A DNA stretch of 64,000 nucleotides, from contig NW_003526943.1 of NCBI RefSeq assembly GCF_000181795.1, positions 498,487-562,486 of the forward strand, in the 5' to 3' direction. The DNA is from Trichinella spiralis (Eukaryota). Made by a program: the position numbers and the translations under genes. Shown here piece after piece: positions 1-12,408 of this stretch; position 1 is the first letter of the stretch; every line of letters begins with the position of its first letter. A model generated the notes under the pieces. The model was not told the DNA's origin, made no database searches, and saw only the letters and a program-made list of their open reading frames with translations.

Positions 1-2293
1 AATGTTGCGTTTATAGGTTGTCCTGCTAGCCTGGGACCGACCCCTGAGAATATGTCAGAAATGGAATTTTCCAAAATTTTTCGACTCTTCAAAAATTGAA
101 ACTTGCAATTTTTGTATGAAAATTACCATTTAGCATGGGAACTGTTTGTTGTTGCTGTTGGTGTGAATTTGGTAAAATGAAAAAAATTGCCCATGTGAAA
201 TAAATTTGTTGAATGAATGAATGAATGAATAATATTATCAGTAATGCAAATAGTAAATGTTGAAACACTTTTGAAAACGAAAATCACTTTTTGTAGAAAA
301 AGAAACAAAATATAACCAAAATAAACACTTGAAACATATCTGAGAACGTTGCTTTGAATAGAATATGTTTGTTGCTTTGCAAATTTGATTTAATCACATT
401 TGATATGTTGTGGAAAATCATTTATCATCACTTACCCCATGTGTCCATTTCCAACGGGCTGATTGAAGGCGGTCTTGTCTGTGGGAATGTTGGCATCAGA
501 GTTGAATATGGCACCTGGACGCTGGGAATTCCTTGGTGAATTTCAACATTTCGACAACTGCTCGAAGTTAGTTCATAATAATCACGATTTGGCGTTGGCA
601 ACAGCACTGCCGGATGTTGGTCACCCAAATGTCCGAACATATCGCACAATTGATGTTCTCTGTCATAGACGAACGACTGGCAAGTGAATCTTGGGGATGA
701 ATATTGAAGACAACAATTTTTGCACTGATCCGACGTGATCATCGCTCGTCGTTCGAACGGCATTGCGTTTTTAATTGCACAATTTGAAGCTTTGCCGAAA
801 CAAGCATCTTCTAGAAATAATAATTAAATGCCACTCGATTTCACTTGATATCATAGTGCTTTGTTTATTCAATTATTCCAATATTCAAAGTATTGAATTT
901 TTTCAACTTGCAACTTAATTATCTTATTAAAAGATACGCACTAATTAAAAATAATCATCATTATTGATGAATTGCATTATAAATGAAAATTTATGAAGTA
1001 ATTTTGCTTTAATAAAAATATATTGGCTTAAATTTCTCCGTGTCTTCGAGATGCTGCGCCTGCTTTGTTCAAACAATATTTCCAGTCAACATTCATTCAT
1101 TCAATGAAAAATTGGCACAGTGATTCATGAAATGTTTATCTCTGAACGCTAGCAGTCTTTCTTTGTAAATTAATAAAAGAAAGTTTTTTTTAATTTAAAT
1201 AATTTGAACGGGTAATAATACAATAAAATGAAGTCTTTTTTACGTTTTGAAATTATTCTTTAAAATTGATCAATACAACAAATAATGGTAACTTATATGT
1301 TGAAAAAGAAGTTTTTCTACTACTTTAGAAAGCATTGCTGAGTTAGTTCAATGTGTTGTTCTACATAAATATATTTTTTATGCATTAATAAAATTACAGC
1401 TAAATTAACAAAAATTATAATCAAACAAAACTGTGAATAAAAATGCAAATTGTTATATAAAATGAGCATAAAAATTATTTATTATTTGAATGGCAAACGT
1501 TTGGCAATCACTACTGTATTTGGTATACTATTATAGCAAAGGTTTTCCTTTTCAAGTGAAAAACTTTGAAAAAACTTTATTGATAGAAAAAATTAGAACA
1601 TTAAAAAACATTACAATAAACATGCAATTGATAATGAAAAAAATTGTTATTTTACATTACAAAAATGAAATTGATTATAATTCCTTTTTTTGGAATTGCT
1701 TTACATTGGATCTGAAAAAAATTTGAAGAAAATCTCTTAGTCATCCAGTTTTAAATGAATTATTTTGTTCATTTAATTGTGTAATCAGTATACTTAATTA
1801 AAAATATTTTCAAATGGAAAATTAATAATGCTAAACTTGTTGCTGAATGAGTGAGATACATCATACGAAACAACAATAAAAGCCTGTATGATGTCACACA
1901 GCTGGGCATCGACCTCAACAATACAGGCTTAAGCTAAAAACACAGTCGCTTTGATTGCACGGCCTGGCGTAGAATGTCACCTATGAATGAAAGCCTACCT
2001 CGCATGATTGGGCAGGTCATTGGCGATGGCGGTGGTTGTCCAACTGTTGGGCCGAATCCATGACGATTGTACATTCCAGATCCGAAGGGAACTTCTACAT
2101 ATCTGCTGTATCCAATTTGTGAATACGAAGGTGAATTGACATTCCAAATTGGTGTTCTGTATGAGCTGTGAAAATTCGCGGCAGGGGTTGATTGAAGATG
2201 GTTAGAATAAGATCGTTGTTGTTGTTGTTGAGAATTTACATTTAAATGCTGACCAACGACAATAATTATGAACAAAAAAGAAATAAATAACAT
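1..2293 (-). CDS. Secreted PAN/Apple-domain protein, multi-exon, 3' end beyond the window edge
   Basis: Exon 1 (2293-1999) starts with a signal-peptide-like MLFISFLFIIIVVG and ends at a phase-1 donor (CGA G|GTAGGC). It joins a phase-1 acceptor at 810 (TTTCTAG|AA GAT GCT TGT TTC), giving CPIMREDACFGKASNC...CKNCC...CQSFVYDREHQLCDMF...RDYYE...C, a PAN-type cysteine pattern. Exon 2 ends at 436 (G|GTAAGT). Downstream exons are uncertain. Confidence 0.72.
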
Positions 2294-2420
2294 TTCAATT
2301 AAAAAAATGATGAAGCTTATTCAGAATAAAGTTGATGGCAAAAATGGCGTAAGATCACAGAGATTGACAGTTTTGAGGGCAGTGAAGCTGAAATTGCTGC
2401 TGTGATCGTCAGCAAGCGTA

Positions 2421-2438
2421 AGCAGCAGCAGCAGCAGC
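2421..2438. repeat. (AGC)6 microsatellite
   Basis: agcagcagcagcagcagc read directly, upstream of the PAN-domain gene. Confidence 0.8.
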
Positions 2439-4368
2439 TTTTCAAAGTTGGCAGTGTAATAGTAGATGGGAGTTTTTGGAATGCGACCCAAATGCGTTGA
2501 ATGGAAATGATTCCCAATGGCAATGCTGGGCTTCACCTGATTTTCGCCAACTGCTGATTAGAAAAGCGCCGCCTCTTTTACATGACCGAAGCTTGTTCCC
2601 AGCCAGTCAGCTGCTTTGAAAACTGGCGCCATTCCGGGCCGCATTTTTTCCATCACCTCGCCAACTGTTCATTAACTGTAGACCCGCCCTTTCAGCGGTT
2701 GCAACTCACAATACTGCTCTGGTTTGTAAAGGGAACAACAATTTGACCCTCTTCCTCTAATTGGCCATCACGTTCACTGAATTGCACTTATCTGGTTGGC
2801 TCAGGTCGGCCAATCAACTTGCCAAGTCACTCAATTTCGAAGACAGGATTTTCAATTATTCAAATTCGTCCCCCCCTCCCCGCCTCAAAACAGGAAATAA
2901 TTCACTGCTTATTTTTCAAATATTAATTAATAATCATTTGGTAATCATAATAAATTAAAATATTCTTCTACTTTTGCTCTAAAATGTGGTCATATAAAAA
3001 GTAAATTTTCTGATTGCAAATACTACTCTTTAAAATTAAAAGAAAATCAATAAAAAATTATTCTATTCTCTAAAGCTTGTACAAGCGAATAAAAAAACAT
3101 GAATCAAAATTTAAAGAAATTATTCACCTTTCACTAATTGAATTGTAACACTTTAAACTGTCATTTATTGAATGTGCTCAATAGTTATATTTCACTATTA
3201 TTTTCTTTTTTTTAATTTTACAAACAAAACATCTACTCTTTTCAAAATCTCATTCAATCAATCGTATAATTGAAGTACTGTTCTGTAAATTAGCAAAAAC
3301 TAGTCACGTTACGAAACTTTTTTAAAATTCATTTTCACTTTTGTATTATTCATTTAAAATCTGATAAAATAAAATACTCATGAAAATAATAATCTTGACT
3401 TTAATGAATTCAATGTTTTTACATGAAATTAAAGCAAATCAAGTTCAATTATTATTACGATAAAGATTTTGTAATTTTTTTCATGAAAACTATACAAAAA
3501 AACATAGATACTTTCTTAAATTTCAGCGTTATTTTGACATTATGTTTTTAATTTATGGAAAAATTTTCTGAATAAAGTATGAATTTAAATTGCATGATAA
3601 GTGAATAATAAAAAAAGTGATGATTTATATTTTTTTAATGATAATATTTATTTTAATGCATGAAATTGGGTATTCATGAAATTTCGTTCATTCATTTTAA
3701 TTTCGATATATTAATTTTGTGTGTATGTAAAAATTTTTTGTTTTAAACAACTATAGATAAATGACTGAAGCATCTTGTGATGAAGCAAAATAAAAAAATC
3801 AATCAAAATAACAGCTGAACTATATTGTACCTGAAAACATTTTACATATCGTACTGATTGAATGAATCTGGTTAGTTTTCTTTGCCAGCGTGTTGCCAGC
3901 AGTTTGAATTGTTTGAATAACGTAACGCCGAGCTGCACTATTTTATCATCATTTTCCACTGTGGCGTTGACTGGATTGCGTAAGAAAGCAATTCTTTGTC
4001 CAATTTCAATTTCCCTTCATTTTCATCTGCAAAATTTTTCAACAAATTTATTTTTCAAAAAGCAAGTAAAATTATTCTTTGAACTTAAATATGTTATGAT
4101 GTATCAATTGAAAGGCAAAATTTGTCTATTCATTTAAATGAAGTCCACTTAAAGTAGGCATTTTATTTTGGATAATTTAAATTTCATGGGCATTGAGAAA
4201 ATTAATTCATTGCTATTTAAACGATTTCTTTTTTTCTGATGATTAAATCTTTATCAAAGTAATACGCGATAGGTGATAATTATTTGTCCTTGATTTATTT
4301 TCTTTTAATAACCGGCTTCTTCTTTAAGACGGGCATTTTGCTGTCAACAGTTGTTACATCTCAGAGTG

Positions 4369-7300
4369 ATGTCTACAAAAAGAAAGATTCCTTATGGTCT
4401 TTGGAAGTCACCAATTACAAGTTCTTTCATTACATCAGTAACTTGCTCTTTAGTAGAACTTCGTATTGATTCTAGCGAATCTGGAAAAGGTGAATTTGTT
4501 GTATTTTATGTCGAAGACTGTTCAATTTAATTATTGTTAGAAATTTTTGAGCGACATTTATTTATTCAGTTTTAATATGTACATCGTTTTGTGGAAGTAT
4601 TAATTTTGTAATGACATTCGTTGCTGTGTTATCGTAGGATTGATATAAGATGAAAATGGAAGCAGTTCATTTTATTTATAATACTTTTCATTAACAGTAA
4701 TTAAAACTATTTGTTGACACATTGTGGACGAAAATATGATTGATTGAATTACTTATACATTTAATGTAGAAGCAGCGTTGATTTAGTATGTATTTAAATA
4801 TGTTTAGAAGACATTTATACCGAAAAAATAGAATGTGATTTTTGTTATTGTGTTATATTGAAATTTGCAAGTTTTTTTTGTAAAGGTTGCCATTTGAAAA
4901 TTGTATTTCGATGATTTCTTTGTTAACCTTCAAATGAATATATTTCAATGCAGAAGGAATTCTATCTAGTTGATGTCATGCTAATTCATGTTTACTCAAC
5001 AAATGTTGCTTTGTTTACAGATTTAAATAGCTTTTCTTGAAAACGGGAAATTATCGAATACGCAAATAACTGTCACTTTTGTTATTTACTAATTTAAAGT
5101 GCTTTTTTTTATTTATTCAGCCAAATTAATGATACAGAAGAATTTTTTGAATATTTGCTTGATGGAAAATACCGAATTAAAAATTTCAATTTCACTTTAA
5201 AGTAATAATAATGTGTGTGATTAAACTTTTTTATCATATTCTGGTCAAAGAAAATTAACCAGGAAACTTTTATTATACACTTTTGATTGTTCTAATAATT
5301 AGTATTAATTTTTGTTTGTTTGCTTGCTTGGCAGTGTTTGTATTTGTTCAGGAATTGTTTACTGGAACGAGAGAAGAGCAAATGAACGTGGACGTTGTGT
5401 AGTTTGTTCACGAATTTTTGGCGGCAAAATTGTCGAATGGACCCCACGGGATTACAGTGTACGAACGACAGCGCATGATTATGGTGGTGGATCATTTTTT
5501 GTCTATGCTGGCTGTCTGTATTTTTCCAACTATGCCGATCAACGTTTGTACAAGCAGAGTGCTCCTAATCAGGCTCCTATTCCTTTGACACCGTCTGGAA
5601 AATCGTACCGATATGCTGATGGATGCTTTGCTCATGTAATATTAATTGAGAACAAAAACATCATTTCTCTCTCCCCCCCCCTTTTTTTTCTGTTATATAT
5701 TTATTACATTGTTGTCTGTTTAATTTTTTTTCAGAATAGCATATATTGCGTTCGTGAAGATACGGCAGAAAATCCAGCGAAAGATGCAATTGTTCGCATT
5801 GATTTGACTAGCCAAGCTCAAACAATTATAGTAAGATTATTATATATCTTCATTTGCAGTGTTGATTTGATTGAGGAAGACTGATTTAGGCCGAAGGTGC
5901 AGACTTTTATTGCAGTCCGAAAGTTTCGCCGGATGGAAAAGCAATTGTCTGGATGCAGTGGAATTTTCCAAATATGGTAAATTGAAATTAAACCTAAAAA
6001 TTCATATTGTCTTAAATTTAAAATGATTTTGTTATACAGCCGTGGGATGTGACTGAATTGTGGATGGCAGATCTGAATGCCGAAGGTAACATTCAAACTG
6101 GCACTGATCGCAAGGTATTATTTAAAAAGGCATCATACATAAATAAAATTTATTCAGCATGCACTGAATGAGAATGAACTGAAAAATTATCAATGTTGTT
6201 GTAATACATTTTGTCTTTTTAGATAGTATTTAGCGAAACAGTGAATTACATGCAGCCTCGTTTTTGTGAAAATGGTGAACTTTACTTCATCTCTGATGAA
6301 TCAGAATGGTGGAACTTGTACAAGTACAGTGATATTGGTTTGTTCGATTTGATTTTTGAAAATTTCATTTCATCTCATCATTCATCTACGATAAATTATG
6401 CTCAGGTACACACAAGAATTTGGTTCTTATGGAAAAAGAAATTGGCGGACCACATTGGCAATTTGCCGACGATGCTTATTCGTTTGACTGTACTGGTTCC
6501 GGCGATATAGCTCTCATAATAGATCAAGTTCAACCGAAACATTATCAACTTGTTGATCAACTAGCATGTTTATTTGTTTATTTTCAGGAATTGCATATTG
6601 TGAACAGAAAATCCGAACTCTGCTACAAGCAAGACACAGGCTATCATGTGCATTCTCATGTAGCTTACGGTCGTGACAGATGCATTTATTGTATTGCTAC
6701 AAGTGCGACGAAATTTCAAGCAATCATTCGATGGAATGTACTTCGTGGCGAGGTACATTTTTATAATTTTCTTATTTCAAAGTGTAATTTCTGTTTGTCG
6801 ATCAATTTGAATCATTTATTAGACGGAAGTTATTTATCGAGTTCATGAAGAACTGGACCAAGAGATTGTAAGTTTGCCGCATCCAATTACTTTTCCCGTA
6901 CTGGCAGAAGATGCTAAAGATGAAGATGCTGTAGCGCACGGATATTTCTACAATCCACAAGTTTGATTTATTCAAATTTATGTATTTATTTATTTCATCA
7001 TTTGTTTGATTTGTAGAATCCCAAATTTGAGGGTATTTGCAATTGTTTGCCGCCGTTGCTCGTCTTGGCACACGGCGGACCAACTGCCAGAGCGAGCACT
7101 GGTTTGGATTTGCGTATCCAATATTACACGTCGCGTGGTTTTGCAGTTTTGAACGTTGACTACCGCGGTTCCACTGGCTACGGTACAAAATATCGAAATT
7201 CGCTAAAATCCAAGTAATCTAGTTGATACAGTAAGCAGGGAAATTTTATTTATCAATTTTTACCCTTTCAGACTTGGAGTTTATGATGTTGACGATTGTT

Positions 7301-8323
7301 GCGCAGGGGCTGTTCATTTAGTTAACGAAGGTAAAGTGGATTCGCAACGGCTTTGCGTCAGTGGAAGATCGGCAGGTGGTTTTATTGTTTTGGCTGCGCT
7401 GACATTTCAGGATGTTTTCAATGCAGGTAATTAATTTCTCGGTGATGATTTTCATATCAATATCATCGGAATGTGCAAAAATATATTAAAATTTAGGATG
7501 TTGCCATTATGGTATCAGTGATTTAGTGGCATTGCAAGAATCAAGTTGCAAATTCGAATTGAAATATTTCGATCAACTTATTGCCCCATATCCAGAGGGC
7601 AAGGAAATCTACCAGAGACGGTCACCGATCAACTACATCGATGATATTGACAAGCCAGTTGCATTTTTTCACGGGGATGAAGATCCTGTAAGAAAATGGA
7701 TAATTTTTGTAAATAAATAAATAAAATTTTGTTTCAATTCATTTATTTCGTGCAGATTGTTCCTGTCAATCAAATCAAAGAGATGTACAAGTTGTTGGGG
7801 GCAAAAGGTGTTGACACTTCGTTGACAGTGTTCAAAGGTGTGTGCGCGATTGATTGTATATTATGAAAATTTGCATTAAAATTAAAAAGGAAATTTTTTT
7901 TTATTGTTTTCAGGTGAGGGACATGGTTATCGTATCAACGAGAATATTCGGAGAGCAATTGATGAGGAATTTAATTTTTTCTGCCAGGCACTTCGAATTC
8001 GAGAAGAAAAGCTTTCTTTGCAAGAGACAGTGAGTGAGCTGATGATGTTTAATAATAAAGAAATAGATTGAAATAAGACAAAATATTTTAAAATTCATTA
8101 TTGTAATATTTCATCAGGGCTGTATTCCATGTAGTTGTTATGTTAATAAGTAATCGATTTATTATTTTCAGTTTTGCTTTTTGTAATATTAATTGAGAAC
8201 AAAAACATCATTTCTTTGTACCAACTAATAATAACAATAATAAGAATGAAATAAGCAATCTCACTTGATTATAATAGTAAATGTAATTTTTTTTAGATTG
8301 AAATGGACACATCGCCCGTATAG
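4369..8323 (+). CDS. S9-family (prolyl oligopeptidase / acylaminoacyl-peptidase-like) serine peptidase, multi-exon
   Basis: Exon 1 (4369-4489) encodes [18 protein letters not shown] and splices to 5352 (GIVYWNE...HDYGGG). Later exons give [14 protein letters not shown], the nucleophile motif GRSAGG (~7363-7380), FHGDEDPIVP (catalytic Asp) and GEGHGY (catalytic His). The last exon is either 8297-8323 or an unspliced stop near 8070. Confidence 0.88.
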
Positions 8324-8941
8324 CTTGGTAATTATAGTATTTGTTTGGAAGAAGTGATTGCGATTATGCATTTTACTATTGCCGTTCACTGGAGTGGATT
8401 TCTTCTTCTTTATGATCTTTAGAAAGGAAAGCAGACTTTAAATTACTCTGAAAATTTGTTGAAAAATTCTCTCCACATTCTGCTGATGCTTCCATATATT
8501 TCTTGTATTTTTTTATTCAATGATTTTCAATGAAAGAAGAAAGATTTGATTTTTGGAAACAAAAATTCAGACATATTAATAATGACTGAAAGAAAATTCT
8601 AAGATGACACTCATGCAAGTGTTCAGCATGTTGTACGTGTTAAGAAAAGAGAAAAAAGAAAAGAAACATAATTTGCACTGCACTTCATTTCACACGTTAT
8701 ATATATAGAATGTAAAATATTTTTCAATAAATAAATAAATAAATAAAAATTGATTATACACGTATGTATTGATGAGAAAACAACTCGTATTATAATGAGA
8801 ATGTCATGTGATGCAGAGAAAATGCATGCAGCATGATTTGCAACAACAATAATGAAATTGAAACAGAAATTACAAAGAAGTGACTTCAACAACTGAATTG
8901 AACAAGAAGAATAAGAAAAAGAAGCAAATGGTGATTGATGA

Positions 8942-11900
8942 TCAACGACGAATCACACGACAAGTGATCTTCTTTCCCGTCTTCGCATCGGTCAAATTGA
9001 ACATCTTTAAACAAGAAGCAGCTTTCGGGTCGTTCTTTTTTTCAGCTTAAAAAAATATTATAATTTCTACAAGTAGAAAAATATCGATCAAGGAAGATCA
9101 AAATTACCACCACCACTATCACCAACAGCAGCAGCAGCGGCAGCAGTGTTTGCTGCAGCTGTGTCGCCGGAATTTTTACCAGACGTCTGAATCTGATAAC
9201 AAACAATATTAATATTATAAGATCCATTTATATATATATATATATATCTGCAGTGTGCTTAGTCACTTACTTGTTGCTTGTTCAAAATGAGAGATTTACT
9301 TCTTTTTCTAGATTTCACACTGCTAGACTGAAATGCATCATTGCAAGGCACGTCAGACGTGGTGCTCGAACGTCGGCCAAGTATGCTACTGCTAACGTTG
9401 ATATGATCTTCAATGATTCAAACACAGAAAATAAATAAATAAATTCAAGTTGCACAGAATTCATTCATACTTTCTTCTTTCTGGCTACCATTCTCTGGAC
9501 CAACCAATGGCAACTGAGATTCATCACGAGACTGAATTGTTGTCGATGATGGCTGCAAACGATGATTTTTCTTTTAAATTCGTTAATATCAAACAATCAA
9601 TTACGACTGTTTTCTATTTACCACAGTTGAAAGCATGGATGACAAGCTTGTAGAATTCAATGAACCCTGATCACCATTATTCAATGGGTTGTTGTTTGCC
9701 AATGGAATTTCCAAATTTTGCACATCTGATTGTAAAATTGCCATTGGTTGTTCAGAAACTGTGAAAATAAAACAAACAAATACAAGCAAATTATTATCTC
9801 CTATTATAAAGTAATACTGCTATTTATGGTAATAGTGTTGAAATTTACCGAAAGAAGGTTGAGGAATGCTGACCATCAAATCACATTCCTAAACAAAAAT
9901 AAACATCCACATCAATAAGCACGTAGTAGAGTGGTTCATAACTGTGAGAAAAAGGGAGAAGAAATTAATTAATCACCTTGGAAAAAGTTTCGCAATCATT
10001 CTGCGTCATTGGTAAAAGAAATTCTGCAATCAAATCTTCATGCGACAACTCGTCCACTTTCGGGGCTGAACAGCAGGAGACCAACGTTAATGACCACATG
10101 ACAGACAGATACATTGTACAAACTGGATAAACAAATAAACAAACATACTATTTAACACGTCGTTGTAGGCATTCGACAGGTACATATCATCATCCAACAT
10201 TGACCCGGAATTCTAAATATTAACTCTGCAAATTCATTCTTCAAAAAAAAATAAATTAAATTAATACCGTCAGAGGTTTGAAAACGGTATTATTTTCCAT
10301 TCCACCATTGTTCGGCTCGTTCGAAGGTGCCAGTTGTGCTAAACAAAATATTCTGAAAGTAAGCTAACAGAAAAGAAAAAAATGAATATTTTCTACTTCC
10401 AAAAGGTTGCACATTGGAAACAGCAGACACCTCTTGAACAGTCGACAAATTATTGCTGTTCGGAAATTCTATTTCCTTTATAAAAAATAGAATTATTTCT
10501 TTTGAAAAATTAACTGCCTTTCCTGACAAAATAAAAAATCTCACCTGATAAGTTGGATATGTCAATGAGAAATCATAATTGTCCGAGAGAGAATAATGGT
10601 CTGCTGAATTCGTATCAATCGCTAGTGAATATTGTGGGATTGTCAAATTTTTGAAGAACATATCATCTGTGAAAATAAATTCTACTTTATCCACTAGGAG
10701 GTTTTAAAGATTATAATTACCGATCTGGCTGTTTAAAGTTTCTGGTTCAGGAAGAGTCAGTTCTTTCGGGCAAAAGAGCATGTTGTTATCGTTGCTGTTG
10801 TTGTTGCTATTGTTTTCTTCAGCACCATCGATATTGTTGTTCGACATAATCCATTGTCCAAATTCCATAGCTTTATTCAATGTGGAATTTTTGTCATTCT
10901 TTGAAGAATAAAATAAATTAAAAAAAAACAAAATTAAGAGTAAGAATAATTATTGGATCAATACTTCATCAATGCAAGATGAAAACGAAGATGTTGAAGA
11001 AGCGCTGTGCACTCGTTGTACACGATCACCGCCGGTGAATGTAATCAAATCGGCCGACTCTGTACGCCAGTTGATGCCGCCGTAATAATCAAATTCCATA
11101 TTCATGAATGAATCGTTGTCGTCAGTTAGAAAATTGGCCGAAATATCATCGAATCCAGGCAAATCCCACGTACACGGGTAAGTGATCATCGAATCTCCCG
11201 CAGGGTGCGGCTGAGGCTGGGGCTGGGGCTGATGCTGCTGCTGCTGCGGTGGTGGTGGTGGTAATGGGTCGAGACAACCGCCATCCAACAATACATTTCC
11301 TTGATTCTCGACATCTGAAAAAAACATTTCAAAATTTAATTAATAAATTAATTTTGAAATATAAATGATGAAAAGTCTAAGATTTTTCACTGTTGTATGT
11401 CATTATCGCATCCGTGTAAGCCGGCGTTGTGCAGATGGCAAACGATTCGGATACATCTTCGCCAGAGGTAGGTAGTGAGGGTGTTGCCGTCGTGTCGGTG
11501 GACCCTACTACTACTGATGGGTTGGCATCGTTCCCAACGACAGGAGGCGGCGTACTTTCGACTGAATTCAACTGCTGCTTCCTTTTCCGATGGCCAATTG
11601 TATTCACGCGAAGGCCATTTTTCGGAGACTGAGATTTGACAATCGGAACATAGGGGACACTTTTGCCGTTCGAATTTTGCCTATTAGCTTTGTATTGGGT
11701 TTGGGTGAGCATGTGCAAAAGGTGCAACAAATCGACCGTGCCCTGCTTCTGGGATGCGGCGGTCAGCAGTTGCAGAAATGTAGTTATGCACCAATTGGGC
11801 ATGAACTTTCTCGCGTCGACCATCTCCTTCTCCAATTTCGACACTCGCTTCGTTATTTCGCTCAACTGTTCATTCATGCGCATCACTACCCGAATCACAT

Positions 11901-12408
11901 CCGCATACGTTACTGTTTCTTCATTTCTGGTCAACGGCGGCGGCGATTTTTCTTGGTAACACTTTCGTCGAATGTTCACATCCAAACTTGGCTCACCACG
12001 CAAAAAATACTTGTGCGAAAAGCAAGGCACATTCGCATGCAACGGTGGCACTATATTTACCGCGTTCACCTTGTGGAATCCATCTGAAACCTCACCACTA
12101 TATTATTCGAAACATTCCCACACCCGACTTACAATTGTTCAGCTGTCTTATAAAACTGGCAAAATTTTTGTGACGAAAAAATTTTGGCAAAATCACATCC
12201 ACTAACCATTCTTGATCTTTAATACAAAATACCGTTCCGGTCTAAAAAATTCAAACATTGATTCATTCACAATATCCCATAGAAATGATGCTTTGCTGAA
12301 AAACTTTTCACTTACATCATCCCAGCACACAGCGTTGTTGTATTCTTCACTGTCGAGAATAAAACGCAAAGTTGATAAGAAACTCGAAACTTTGAATTTC
12401 GACGACAT
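8942..12408 (-). CDS. HSF-type DNA-binding domain transcription factor with a long low-complexity/acidic C-terminus
   Basis: Joined exons read MSSKFKVSSFLSTLRFILDSEEYNNAVCWDD/TGTVFCIKDQEWLVDVILPKFFRHKNFASFIRQLNN/YGFHKV...FSHKYFLRGEPSLDVNIRRK, which carries the HSF signature FRHxNFxSFxRQLNxYGFHK. A short coiled-coil follows. The 3' exons and stop (8942, or alternatively 9088) are less certain. Confidence 0.85.
9229..9247. repeat. (TA)n microsatellite in an intron of the HSF-domain gene
   Basis: tatatatatatatatatat read directly. Confidence 0.85.

Noticed and set aside
1769..1936. Stop-codon readthrough of ORF 2293-1934 (UAG-C followed by a hairpin and 54 open codons)
   Set aside because: A phase-compatible splice from 1999 to 810 makes this ORF exon 1 of the PAN-domain gene, so the UAG and hairpin are more simply intronic.
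3711..4137. Overlapping 82-aa and 91-aa ORFs between the PAN and S9 genes
   Set aside because: Non-ATG starts, no motifs and no consistent splice partners; likely promoter or UTR sequence.
11429..12205. Several plus-strand ORFs up to 165 aa
   Set aside because: They are antisense shadows of the GC-richer HSF-domain exons with no recognisable motifs.
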